The position numbers and the translations under genes are program-made. A DNA stretch of 63,377 nt, counting the filler, from Reticulomyxa filosa (taxonomy: Eukaryota; Protista; Foraminifera): the NCBI GenBank assembly GCA_000512085.1. It is 17 parts of 17 records of this genome, joined end to end, with 100 filler letters (N's around TTAATTAATTAA, not from the genome) between each part and the next. Parts side by side here need not be neighbours in the genome. Positions count along the whole stretch, not along the records: positions 20,326 to 28,809 come from ASPP01020094.1; positions 28,910 to 32,059 come from ASPP01023601.1; positions 32,160 to 38,236 come from ASPP01045364.1; 14 more parts are not named here. One strand, given 5' to 3'. The stretch's first letter is position 1. The number at the start of each line of letters is the position of its first letter. Shown piece by piece: positions 23,638 to 37,211 of this stretch. The notes under the pieces are model-generated. The model was not told the origin of the DNA, ran no database searches, and saw only the letters and a list, made by a program, of their open reading frames with translations.

Positions 23638-26600
23638 TCATTGTTTTTCTTTTTTTTTTTTGCACGCATTGACAAACGTGACGAGAGAAGTAGCGATACA
23701 CACATGACAAGCCTCACACGTACAAAACCAATGAAGTGAGGTATGCATTTGTAGAAGTATAAATAACACACAACACAATACCATTGAAGGTGCTACTTCT
23801 TTGAAATCTTTCAAATTTCGTTCAAAGTGTGTAGTATCAACTCTTCTGAAATGATTCATACATTCATACAACCAATTGACATGAACCACAGGTATATGCA
23901 TGTTCAAAGCGTCTTTCACTTTTTGTGTCAAGCGATCCCTCGCCACCACATGGGTCACTTTTTTGTCCAACTCGGTCACACAATTCGCTCCTTTCATTTA
24001 TTTTCCCCCCCCCCATCGTACATTTTCTTATTTGCAAATTTTCAAATAATAAAACAAAGCAAAAATAAGACAGAATAAAAAATCTTAATTTACCGAATAC
24101 TGTTGCAAATTTCCAGTGTCTGTCTCTGGTTGCATCCATTTTGCTGGGAAACAAACCTGTGAATAAAATATTGCAGTCTTTCAAAACATGTTTTCTCATG
24201 CAATTTAAAATCAGCGAGCAAGATTTTGGAATGAATTGACCAAAATAGGTTCTGTGTAATGCCTGAAAAAAAATAAAATTTCTTTGTTGGAACAAAAGAT
24301 CACAGACACACAAATCACACAACACCCCACAATAAAACGCACCTCACACACGTACTGCAATTGCAATAACATGTTATCTTTGTTTTGTTGAAATAAGCTT
24401 TCTTCTGTCCATTCAGAGGGGCTGGAATTCTTACTTTTTCCATTGTCACGATTGCCGCCAGAGGAATCGTTCAAATCCGAATCGGGCCAAAACAAGTATT
24501 TTGGAACACGGTGAACATCCACCATATTTATCCATATTTCCGGTGTGTCATCTACAATCATGCACATGTCAGGATTCAATGGTGCCAGTTCCAACACTGA
24601 CTTATTTTTTTTTTTTTTTCATCGTTTATTTTATGTTCACATTTTTTTTGGCATTTGATTAACCCTTTCTTTTTCTCCCCCTGTAATACCGTCAAGTAAG
24701 CATGTACCAATACAATTTAATATGCAAAGTACTTAGTAACATACCTTTTTGTAACTATCCGAAGAACTACTGTAAAAAAAAAAAAAAAAAATCACAAAAA
24801 AATAATATTATTGGTGACATTTTCTCCTTTATTATTTTTTAAATATTTTTATTGATACCTTCAAAACATCGTCATGATCTTCTCTGCATACAATTCGATC
24901 ACCGATGATGTTTTTGTGCATGTGCCTGTCAATAACTCGAGCCACTTCTTCCGCGTACGGGCGTGAGCCCATAGTATACAATACTACATAAAACAACTCG
25001 GACACGACATTGATGAACTGATAAAAATAGGGACGAAATTTGATAAAGTACGTTGCATTGTACGGATTTGGAAAGTCGATTGGATGAATATCTCCGCCAA
25101 ATACAGCGTGCGATTGATAATTGCGTGCCTTTGGGTCTCTTGTGGAGTGCAGTAATGTGTGGTCCACATCTAAAAACAAAACGAGCTTTCGATTTCCACG
25201 TAGCGTCTCCTCGATATGTTTGGCGTGATCCAACTTGGTCATGCTTTTCCAATTGGGCGGGAACAAAGGATCATTGGAATGCAATTCCACTTTTCTGTGT
25301 TGCACCGGAGGATTAAATGGTATTGGCAGTGGCGGAGGCGGCGGCATTGGAAGTGGTGGCATCATTGCGGGTCCTGGATTGGGCCGCAAAGGTGGATGTG
25401 AATTTGGATTGGGCATGGGCATAGGTATAGGAAAATTGCCCATGAAATGTGTGTGATACTCTGGGGGATATTGCGGCGGATAGTACGGTAAAGGAGGTGC
25501 CATCATTGATCGCATCATGCGAGGGATACGATTGGGTGATGATTTTGCCAATCGCGAATCGTTCATTTCCAAATCATCATAACCTCTGTTGTGAGGGTTG
25601 CTATCGCCCTTACGCCGAATATGTTTATCCTATCCAGCACATTCTCATTTTCAAAAAAAAAAACAAAAACAAAACAAAACAAAAAACTGGCTTCCTTTCA
25701 CTGGTCGGAAAAAGAAACTACAATGAATGAAAGGGTTTAACTCTTTCGGAGTATCGAAATGTGTGTGGTTTGTTCATACTTCTAGCCGTGTATTTTCTGC
25801 CAATCGATGCTGCAGAATCACTCTTATCGGTAGTAGTCGTGGGATTATTGACGTTTTCCTTCTTTTCCGGAATGGTGTCAAGAGTGAGTGTATTGCTTGT
25901 TTTTGCACTTTGTTGGGGTCTTCGCACAGCACGTCGGACTGCCTTTTGCGGCGGCTGCGAGTCAGAAGGCGCAATGTCCGTTGTAACGATCGTCGTTGCA
26001 CTTGGAGAATGCGACTTCGACTGTGACGTGGATCGAGATCGAGTTTTGACTATACTTTCTTCGGTGTCTGCTTTTTCATCCCCAGTTTCTTCCGTCCTGT
26101 TCCATCCCAATGTCTCTTTTCTTTACATTTATTTCATTTTTTATTCCTCTCTTTCCTCGGCCCTGAAGAAATAGGGAAGAAAGAAAATCTTTGGACATGA
26201 CACACACACACACACACACACACACAATAGATAGAAACATGCCGTTGCACTGTTGAAGATGGGAGAGATTCGGAAGTCGTTAATGTTTCATCCTTTAATA
26301 CCACACACATAATATATACACAAAAGCCTCCTTTCATTTGTTTAAACATTCAATATATATATGAACAATGCACTCAGACATTTGCTTCGGTTGGTTGTTG
26401 CTGTTGTTGGACAGGTGGAGAGGAGGTCGTGTCTTCTTTATTTTTGTCTGATTCGTTTGCAGGAGATTGGATACTCGAGGAAATATCGGGTGACATGGAC
26501 GGCTCTCTTATTTCTTCGTCTTCTTTGTCTTCAAAAGGCATTTCTCTGTCCGACAAAGAAACAAAATCTTCGATTTCATTATCGCTGTGTTCTTCAGTTG

Positions 26601-28352
26601 GCTCAATGGTCATATCGCCGCTGTTCGAGACGTCAGCAATGTCGCTGTTGTGTTTAGCATTTTCGTCATTGCCGTGCTCATTGCCATTAGTGTGCATTGG
26701 CTTGTCACTCCATTCGGCACTGGAAAAGTCATTGCTCGAGCCAAAGGACGCGCTTTCGATGTGGGACTCTTGATCAAATCCAAGTAGTCCCTCGCGAGGG
26801 TCTAAGTTGGGATTGTCTCCAAATAGATAGCCCGCATTCGGTGTGACGTCTTTTGCATCAAACAACGTTTCAGGTTCGAGTTCATTGTTCGCGGCAATAT
26901 GTTTGGAAATATCATTTGTTTTCCAATTATCTGTCTCCATTTCCTGTCCATTTATTGCATTGCTGGCATAATACTCGCCAGACAACTCATTATCTTTCTT
27001 TCCTTTTTTTCTTCTTCGGTTGGGTGTGTTATGCTGGGACCAGATACGACTTGAGTTTCGAGCATATTCGAATTGAAACAAGGCTGGCTTTCCATTTGCT
27101 CCAATGTTGTCCAATCCAGCTCGGAGTTGGAGAATGTGTGTGCACACGGAGGGGTGATCGCTTCAATGGCAGGTTGGATTGGAGTTGGAGATATGGACGA
27201 ACAAGAAGCTTTCTCGTTACACACATTCTCACTGACAACCTCTATTCGCGTTATGTCAGCCACTCTTTGGACAGATGAAACACATGATTTGCTCATTGAA
27301 TGAGTTATCGTTATGTCATTTACATTTGCATTTACATTTGCATTTTCGCGATGAATTGGTTTTTCTTTTTCTTCTCCTTCCTTCTTTTCTTCATGCCCTT
27401 TTCGAATGTCTCTCATGTCCAGTTTTGGATTGTCCATTACTGGCAGTTGTGTCATTTGGCTTGGCTCGGCCTTATTTGTTTGGACTGCTAAATCACTTCT
27501 TACATTGTCTCCAATTCCAAAGGGAGAAGTGACTCCCAAAGTGTTATTGTTATTTGTGATGGTATTTGCATTAAGATTAGTATTATCTTTTTCTTTGCTA
27601 TCATTTTCGATTGGTTTTTGAAGAAAAGGCTGTGCAGTCAATTGATGCTCTGGCTCTTTTATTGTTGCCTCGTATGTTTTTTCAGAGAGGCATTTTTCCT
27701 TTTCCTTTTCTGCGATTGAAAGTGTGTCTGTTGCATGTGTAATGATCTTTTCACATTCCTCGTTTGCTCGCGTAGTCAATTGTACCAGCGATGAAGGATC
27801 CCCAATTTGGACTGGCTTCGCCTTCTCTCCATAAAGTGTAGCTATTGCCGCATTTGCAGGGGCCATTGCCGTGTGGAATTGGGAATGATGCTGGGTGGGC
27901 AATAACATAGACGGGTCTGTTGTGCCACGACTCGACGGATGCATTGCGGCATTGATCTGTGAAACAACAGACATGCGATAATCGTGATGATATATGGGAG
28001 GGGCTCGGACATGATGGAAGCCAGGAAGAAGTGCGTTTGGATGTGGCAAGTAAGGTTGTCTGGTGACTGCATTGGCAGATTGCATGTGCATCGGGTTATG
28101 ATTATGAGTCGAGAGTGCAGACTGCGGCATGTTTGGTAACGAAAGTGTTGGAAGTGAAGGAACTGAAACTGGAATCGAGGTTGGTGGCATTGTTGCAGAC
28201 CCACCGACATGAACTCGTGGGTGTGGCAGCGATGGCATCGTTATGCCATTTCCAAGACTCGGAATAAAAGGTGATGACATTGTATTATTTGGTAGTGTTT
28301 GTGTGTGTTGTTGATGCTGCAATTGTTGGTGGTGATGTTGTTGTTGTGTTGT

Positions 28353-28435
<83 letters not shown>

Positions 28436-28768
28436 GCGTTGATGATATTGCTGATGTGCGGCATTTGACATTCGCACAAACTCACGTATTTCGGCGACAT
28501 GAGAAAACTCGGAAAAGAAGGCGCGCTCGAATGCCGTGCGAATATCATTCCACTCATTTTCGGAAGGCTTTGCTTGAGAGTTCAGCCACAAGTGCGGGAA
28601 TTCGTTTCCTGTGTTAACCCCAAATTTGTGTAAAAACTCGTCGCGATATTTGTTCCGGTGGCGGAATTTAGTCACACTTTCGAGCTTTCTCCCCATACGT
28701 ACACACATATATGCACATTGCCAATCCAAAGATATTTGAAAAAAAAGTGAGTGGGTGTACATATACAT
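23638..28768 (-). CDS. FCP1: RNA polymerase II CTD phosphatase (FCP1/CTDP1/CPL-like) with BRCT domain and a long low-complexity N-terminus
   Basis: LVLFLDVDHTLLHS (DxDxT), YFIKFRP, LYTMGSRPYA, IVDDTPEIW; BRCT VTHVVA...TQKV...VVHVNWLYEC. Linking the upstream Q/P/S-rich exons (25718-28768) to this gene is inferred. Confidence 0.8.
28347..28436 (-). repeat. (CAACAG)n coding repeat encoding about 30 Gln
   Basis: Tandem tgttgc units on the + strand; polyQ in ORF 28241-28768. Confidence 0.95.
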
Positions 28769-28909
28769 ATATTTTTAAATAAAATAAGAGAGGGGGGGGG
28801 GGGGGGGGGNNNNNNNNNNNNNNNNNNNNNNNNNNNNNNNNNNNNNNNNNNNNTTAATTAATTAANNNNNNNNNNNNNNNNNNNNNNNNNNNNNNNNNNN
28901 NNNNNNNNN

Positions 28910-29251
28910 TGCTGCGACTTATGCCACATCTCGGTCCCTGCGTCCGCTGCACTCTCGTCCGCTTCCACGTGCTGCGTCCTTCGAAGTCCCAAACTCGAGT
29001 TCGACTGACGCAACATGTTCACATTGCCCAACGACAGTGACACTGGCGGCGAATGATGGATCGTGTGCGTGTGCGGTGATGACGACCGCGGGTACAGTGC
29101 ACCCGCCGCCGCTGCAGGCACATTTCGGCCGACTTGTCAACGGCGGAGGGGGGCGTGTGGGAGGTGGTGGAGGAGGCCTCGACCTTGTGGATTTGTCAGC
29201 TTTTGAGTGTGACATCCAATTGCTTCTTATGGGATGGAAAGGCTGAGGCAC
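28910..29251 (-). CDS. Proline/serine-rich N-terminal gene fragment, truncated by the contig end
   Basis: GC-rich stretch encoding RSRPPPPPPTRPPPP; the frame beyond that is uncertain. Confidence 0.4.
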
Positions 29252-29806
29252 GAAAAAAATTTAGATTGATATATTATTATTGAAACGAAAGAAAGGGGAC
29301 AGCATTCCAGAAAAAAAAAAAAAAAAAAAAAAAAAAGGCTCACTACAAAAAAATATAGTTTCTGTCACTTTGGATCTTGTGTTTAAGTGATACACATCTA
29401 AAATATTGCATCACAAATAAAAGCATTAAATCTTATACTTTTCAAATTTTAAAAATCTGTTGTGTTTTGTAGTTTTGAAAAGAAAAATACAATTTTTTTT
29501 TTCAAGGTATTCTTATGCCTGAAGACTTTTTTTGTGAATGATCGTAAATTGCAAAGTCGTTGTATGTATAATCAAATATCTACACTGTTGCAACAATTCA
29601 TAAGACACAGTTTTTAAGCTGCTTTCAATCCGTTTTTCAACGGTTTGTACAAAAAAAAAAATGCTAAAAAAAGTTCAAATGAACGGCTTGTTACGGAAAA
29701 GAGTAAGGTTAGTAAGATTGCACATTGCAAAGTTCGAGGGAGCAAGCTCTTTATTTGTTTCGTGGACTTTAACTTGTGAGCGCAAAACAAAAGACAGAAT
29801 TGTGTG

Positions 29807-31267
29807 ATGACGAGCACTTCCGCGACAGCGCAATGGAAGTATCCATTTATTGACATCGGTGCGAATTTGCTGGACCCAATGTTCCAAGGGGTCTACAACA
29901 AGCACGAAAAGCACAGTCCAGATCTGGCGCACGTTCTCACCCGAGCGTGGAGTCAAGGCTTGCAAAAGATTATTGTAACCGCGGGCAGCTTGTCCGAGGC
30001 TCAAGAAGCATTAAAGCTGGTTCGCTTTGGTTCAAACAAACTTTATGATTTTTCTCTAATAAGAGGGGGGGGAAGGGGAGAGATAAAAAAAATAAACTTT
30101 TTAAAAAGTATGATGTTATTTGATGGGAATGGAATAAGGTACAAACAGATGATCGACTGTTCACGACCGTTGGAGTGCATCCGACACGTGTCGGGGAATT
30201 TGAAGCGAAAGCCGAGGCGCAAGAATATATGAACCAACTCCTCGAAGTTATGCAAATCAAAAATCCTTGTTTCTGAACACAATTTTTTTCTACTTGTTGG
30301 CATTATTAATAATAATTATCAAACTGTGCAACTTAAAAAAAAAAAAAAAAAAAAAATTAAAAGTGAATGAATATGTAACGTTTTGTTTGAACATGAAAAA
30401 CTAAAGGTAGCAAAAGAGGGAGTGAAGACCGGAAAAGTGGTTGCCATTGGCGAGTTTGGCCTCGACTATGAACGCACACAGTACTCGGATAGTGAGACGC
30501 AACGCAAATACTTTGATTTGCAATTTAAGTGAGTGCAGTGTTGTGTGGGCCTGTCTTGCTCAAATGCAAAAAACGACTTGTATACAAACAACACTTGCAA
30601 TATACAAGATTGGCAGAGGAAACAAAGCTCCCGTTGTTTCTGCACAACCGAAAGTCGTCGCAAGACTTGATTGCCATTTTGAAAAATAATTGGGACAAAT
30701 GGAATGTTAAGTTACGTTTTTCATCGATTCAAAAATATATATATTATTAATAAAACAAATTATATATGTACATATGGGAAATTACAGAAAGCTGTCGTCC
30801 ATTCGTTTGATGGATGCAAAGACGAATTGTTCGAGTTATTGAAATTGAACGACAAATCACACGAATTGTATATTGGCATCAACGGCTGTTCAATGAAAAC
30901 TCCTGAGAATATCGAGGTGATCAAGTGCATACCTTTGGATCGCTTGTTAATCGAAACGGATTGCCCTTGGTGTGGAATTCGAAACACACATGCCTCTTCT
31001 CCTTATGTCAAAACCACTTTCAAAGAAGTCAACAAACCCGAAAAATGCCAACCCGATATGTGTGTCAAGGGTCGATCCGAACCCTGTCATATCGTCCAAG
31101 TGTTTGAGGTCATTGCACATCTAGCTCAATGTAATGCTCCCACAGACATACACAAAACTGCGCAGCGCATTTTTGATAATACCATGTCGGTGTTCTTTTC
31201 TCCTTCTGATCTTTGCAAACAAACTCAAACAAAAACAAAAACTTGGCATCCGATGGAGACGTTTTAA
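29807..31267 (+). CDS. TATDN1: TatD-family DNase, eukaryotic TATDN1 type, multi-exon
   Basis: [58 protein letters not shown] and [10 protein letters not shown] motifs in order. Confidence 0.93.
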
Positions 31268-34028
31268 TCCTGAGAATACATTATTATTTTTTAATTTTTT
31301 TTTAAACTCAACAAAATTTGTGTCATTGACACGTCGCTTTTCATAGCGTATAACATAAATCTCCTTTTTGATCTTTGTGGTAATGCATAAGTCATTGTCA
31401 ACATATCCAAAAAAATTAAAATGCAATCTAAAAAATTGATGCTTTCATTGCTTTCAATTATTTTCGACTTTTCCATTTGTATAGTTTGCTTGTTGTGTTT
31501 GTGTTGTTAATGCTAGCCTTTTTTTCTATTCTGAAAAAGACAATATTATCTTGTCTTTCTTTGATTTAGGAGTTGTTTAAAAAAACAATAAGTAACTTTT
31601 GACAGAACGTGTTCTATTCACTATCATTTATTACAAATAGTGAATATTCAACAAACTTCACATTGTTTGTATGCATATTAAACACTTGCACTTGTTTAGA
31701 ATATCTAATATCACATAGTATGCTGCATATAAAAAAAAAGAATAAGCTACTTTTGGGGATTCAGACCCAACTCCGGCCGTGCTCCACAGCTGGGACATCC
31801 TCTCCCCACCATAGACCAGGCGGGCGTCTCATAGGTGCCATCATAGGCTAAGAAGTCTATGTGCTGGACACTATGTTGGGTTTAAATTTTGGTCTAAACC
31901 CATACGATGGATATCACTTGTTTCTCAAAAGGCAGGTAGCTGAAAAGTGTTCCAAACAGGACCTTTCATATATCCTTTTTATGTTTTCATGTATCACACT
32001 GCTTATTATCAGTTTGACGAACTTAGACTGTAATCACTTGGCAAGTAATCCAAATATATNNNNNNNNNNNNNNNNNNNNNNNNNNNNNNNNNNNNNNNNN
32101 NNNTTAATTAATTAANNNNNNNNNNNNNNNNNNNNNNNNNNNNNNNNNNNNNNNNNNNNCAGCAATAAGTAAAAAAAGTTGGGGTTTTTTCAGCTATTTT
32201 CAACGAAGAATTGTAAATTTTTTTTTCTTTTTTTTAAGTGTACATTGAGTTTTTTTTTGGGGGCAAAATTTAATAGAATAAGTAAAATGGGTAATATTTC
32301 ATGTTGACACATTATTGCTGTGTCTAGCTTTTTTTTTATTTTATTACCAAAACGACTTCACATTACCATCAATATGCATTAAAAATTTAATAAATATTCC
32401 TTTCAATAAGCACACTCGTTGCACACACTGGAAAAGTTTCTGGTTTGAAACAAATGATTCATATCAAAGGCAGCAAAGTGGAAACCTTATTATTGACACA
32501 TAAACATTCAAATAATTACATACCGAAATTTGACCATTTTGAAAACAGATTAACGAAAAAATTGCTAGCAATTCAATAAAATTTTTCTTGCTTTACCTTG
32601 ACTCTGCTGCAAAATGATTAAATTTCAATAATTGGATTAATTTTATTCTCTACTTTGTTTTTGATAAAACCATGAACAACTGAAAGTTCGAAAAATCAAG
32701 ATTCAATGTATGCAAAAAGTATAATTGACTTTTTTGAAAAAATAAAAATGCAAATCACTTTGAATTGTACTATACTTCAAGTATTTTTTTTTCTACTAAA
32801 AAAAGTATCACAAAATAACGACGTTTAATCTGCTGATGTCATAATAACATAGAATGAAGGCTATTGATTGTCTCATTTCAATGAATAATACAAACAATAT
32901 CTATAAATAAATGGCTAAAAATTTAATTTTTGAATTCACTTCAACTGAACACAAAATATTAAAATAATCAAATTTTCAAATATTCTAAAAAGTTGTTAAA
33001 AAGAAAGACCAAAAAACAAAAATGCCAAAATTTAAAAAAAGTCTTTGCTAGAAAGTTTCGAAAAAGTGGAACAAAAATACACATAAACTTAGAAACCTTC
33101 GGTTTTGCAATTCAACTGTCTTTTTATTTCACTTTTTTGAAACTTTCTAGCAAAGACTTTTTTTGTGGCATTCTCGATTTGTATTGACATGTTGAACCTC
33201 CAAATCTCTTTCTAATGTAGATTGAGCTATCTTACTTGCATCATATCAGTTTGGAGTGTTAATCTCTGTGGATGGATTTGATAAAAAATTGCTGTTCACG
33301 GGGTCCCTGGCTTAAAACCCTTGTTTTCTCAAATTTAAATCGAGAAAAAAGTGACAAAAGCCAAGAAAATGACACAAACAAAAAAAACTAAAAAAAACCA
33401 CAATTATTCAAGACATATGCAGCAACATAATAGATCTACTTCCAAGCGTATTTTTATATGTTTCGGTTATTTAGTCAATCATGTAACACTTTGTTTCGCA
33501 ATTATTTCCTTTTTTCATTATTATAACTGTTGAACATTTTTTGGAGAGCCATGCATCAAACAAAATAATAATCGATAAGTATAATTTTATTTTTTATACG
33601 TTTGAAGTAATGTTTTTTTGTTTTTGGAAAGGATAACGCATTGTGGGTTTTCTGCTGCTGAAAGAGGTGCGCAAACTGGGGTTCCAAAGTTCACTTGGAG
33701 TGCGAGAATTGCTTATTACGACATCATGAATACTACAGTATACATTAATTCGACAATATTTATCTCAATTGAATCCAAAACAAAGCCAATGCATAATGAT
33801 TTAAAAAAGGTTTCTTGGAATAATATTAAAGTGATATCTTTTTTGGAAATTGAAAACTGGAAAATTTGAAAATATTGCGAAAAGATTCATTAAAAACGTT
33901 GTAACTAGAAAAGATTTCATTTAAAAAGGAATCCATGATGCAACTTTTTGGCCACATGAATTTCAAGAAAATATTCAATACAATTCATTTACACCATTTT
34001 ACTTTCACTTCACCAGCATCAAAAAGTT

Positions 34029-35436
34029 TTAATAATTATAGTTGTCACCTGCATCATCGCCAGCGTTATCATCTCCATCATCGACTGGTTGTTCACTCAA
34101 CACGTCCAGATAATCTTTTTCCAAGAAGTCTAAGTCTTCACGGGCTTCAGTAAACTCTCCTTATTCAATTCCTTCTCCTACGTAACAATGCACAAACGCT
34201 CTCTGATAGTACATGTTATCATATTTTTGGGCAATGCACTTGCTAAATACTCGCGAAATGCCCGTGTTGTGGCAATCATCACTGCATTTTTTACTAAAAG
34301 CTCATATATTGTCAGATTCCAAAGTTACTGCTTGTACTTCATTTAAGCCGATCTTGAAACCAGTTGGACACCATTCGACTAAGATGACTGTATTATTGCT
34401 ATTCGACCATTGAAGAGTTCGCTAGCTTCTCTAGACTTAATATCATCACCGTAGTTCAAAGAGATAGCAATATATTTATCTTCGCTGGATCAAATTCAGT
34501 GTATTTCACAAACCAGTTCGCTGGCTTAAAGCAATTATCAGTAATTTTTTGGATATCGTTTGGCGCGGTTGATACATCAATTTTTGGAATAATTGGGATA
34601 ATCCCAGTAGTCATAAAGTGCAAACGGGGGAAATGTACTAAGTTCGTTTGAAATTCGTTCAATTCTACGTTCAGTTCACCGCTGAATCGCAAAGACGCAG
34701 TCACGGCGGAGATAACTTTGAAAATCAATTTGTTCAAGTTATCTAAATCTGGTTTGGCAATTCGCAATTGCTTCTGACAAATCCCGTAAATGGACTCGTT
34801 ATCCAACAATAAAGAGACTTCGGTGTGGTGTAACAGCCAATGAGTAGCCAACAAAGCATTGTAAGGTTCAACTATGCGTCGACAAATTTGGTGAAGGATA
34901 AGCCTCAAAGCCAATTTTTGTCTTTTTTCTAAAATCAACCTACAAACACTCGAAAATTAAGGCGCCCAACCCGAGCCAGTGCATCCGCCTACACTGTGTC
35001 CAATTACAAAGCCTATAACAGGGTCGCAATTGTCGACAAGTTTCTTAATCGGTCATTCACTTTATCGATAGTTTGTTTACCGATTGTGTAATGACCACGG
35101 GCAAAGTTGTTTGCTGCGTCCTCTTTCCAATGGACCAAAAACTCAGGGTGGAATATGGCCGCAAAAGTGCCGTTTTTAACATCATCAATAACGTTTGTTT
35201 CCAAATCAACCTATTTTTCTCGTTTATTATACGTATGTGGAAAAAACCAACCCAAATGGAGCAAATTGGCCACTACCTGTCTCCTCAAATAAGACTTTGA
35301 AAGAATCATCATTTCCTGAGCCATCTTTTCTTTTGCTACCATTATCAATTCCGTGCTCTGTACAGTATTGTTCCCAGATGGCATTGCCTAGTTGTATGCT
35401 GGCTTGGCCGACTTCAATTGTGAGAACTTCTCTCAT
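34029..35436 (-). pseudogene. Divergent alpha-tubulin pseudogene, unprocessed
   Basis: MREVLTIEVGQA..., [63 protein letters not shown] and an acidic tail ending in Tyr. Several frameshifts and stops; intron acceptor retained near 35211. Confidence 0.88.
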
Positions 35437-37211
35437 TTTTTTTAAGTTTACTAAACAACTAAAAATGATACAAGAACTTGAGCAGTAAACAAGTTCTAGG
35501 TTCAACATCAAAACAACCCTTTGGCCTTCCACTGTTAATACTTTATATCAAAACTTATTTGAGCCAACTTTTTTTTGGAACAAAGGTCAATTGATACACA
35601 CATATTGTATGGTTGTAAGATTATTCGTTTTAGAGATTTTGTTGAATAACAATCATTTTGAAATTTCAAAAAATAAGTTTCAACTTGCTAACTAATTATT
35701 TTTTAGACTTGCCAAAAAAATTTACAAATACAAAAAAAAAATATTACATGATAAAACAAGAATTAATACTTACTGAGCGTTGGAATAAATACCTTCTTTG
35801 AAAAAGGAGCAATATCTCTTCCTTAGAATTTTTGACAGCAGTAATGAAAACAAAAACTTTTCCGAACACAGTCCAATCTCTTCTTTCCCAAACTTGCTTC
35901 AAGATTTCAATGAAACTGCTCAACTCTAACAAACTTTCTATAACAAAAATAGCAAATAGTATTGTACGAAACCTTGTAGACAAAGTGTATGTCGATGATC
36001 CGTTGAACGTAGAACATGAACCACATGCAAATTTGGTGCCGAGCTATGGATATACTCATTATTTGCATTGTAACAATCGATGCCATCGACGATGATGAGC
36101 GCACCGTGGCAATAATAGTACAAATGGACATTTTTGTGTTGAATGTTCGAGAGTGAACGGAAACATGGGACATAAAAAGAGCATAGATATGTTTGAAAAT
36201 TGTATGACTCAGCAAGCATATACATGAGCGGCAATGTAGCAGGAACAAGGAACATGACGAGAACAGAACACAGATGGCATGAGGGTGTGAAGGATTGCAC
36301 TTCATGCAAAGTTATGAATATACGAATATGTTAGCAAATGAGTTATTGCCTCAATTGGACATAATGACAACAACATCGCGCACAATGGAAACAACTATGT
36401 GCAAGTGTCCGTGTTACCATTTCTCAATTGGTCTTGCTCCACCATCAATCCCGTTGATTCTTTCCTTGTCAATGCTGTTAAAGTCTTCACACACCATTGA
36501 TATCATTTCCCGAATTTAGCTATGTTGTCTTAGGTTGCTACTATTATCTTATTCACCAAATGCTGCTCTACGTACTTCGTTAAACTCTTTACAAGTGGCT
36601 GATTCTTTCATAAGCTCCGTCTAATTTCACAGAATCACAATCATTTGTTAGTGGTGATAATAATGATGCAAATGATGTCAAAATATTTGAAAATAGTGAA
36701 GTTGATGTCATTTGTTATTATCTTTTTGGGCCAAGATCAAAATTGTTTAGACAAGCATGAAGATCACATTTCATAAGTTTATTTAAAAGTTATAACAAAT
36801 TAGAAAAAAGTAAACTCCTCTTTGTTTCGCATGAAACTTGGTAAAAATTTAAAGTGGTTTCAATATTCCGATACCAAGTGATTGAATAATTTTGTATTCA
36901 TTTTCAATTGTGTTGGCTGAAATTTTTGCATAGTCTAAATATTTAGTTTAAAAAAAGGAAATACAAAAGTTTTAAGATTACTTCGTTTAAACTTGATCTC
37001 TTCAAACACGAAACAGTTTGACTTTATTGGGTTTTTATACAATCAATTGTAAAAAAAAATAGAGAATCTTAAAAGATTGTAATATATTTTTTCGTGCAAG
37101 TTGGGGTACAAGAAATTCAGAAAGATAATGAAAGACTCAGATTAGTCTGCCCGAGACTATGGATAACAAGCAAAATAGAAAAGAGTATAACAGAAAAAGT
37201 TTCCATTTTGG

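Noticed and set aside
27000-27012. Programmed frameshifting at A/T runs (also about 11725, 42770, 43345)
   Set aside because: Single-base slips in homopolymers are more simply explained as sequencing errors; no stimulatory structure was seen.
35744-36620. A third hypermutated gene (minus-strand stops at 36549, 36516, 36414, 36351, 36312)
   Set aside because: No recognisable family fixes the frame, and the stop density is close to random expectation.
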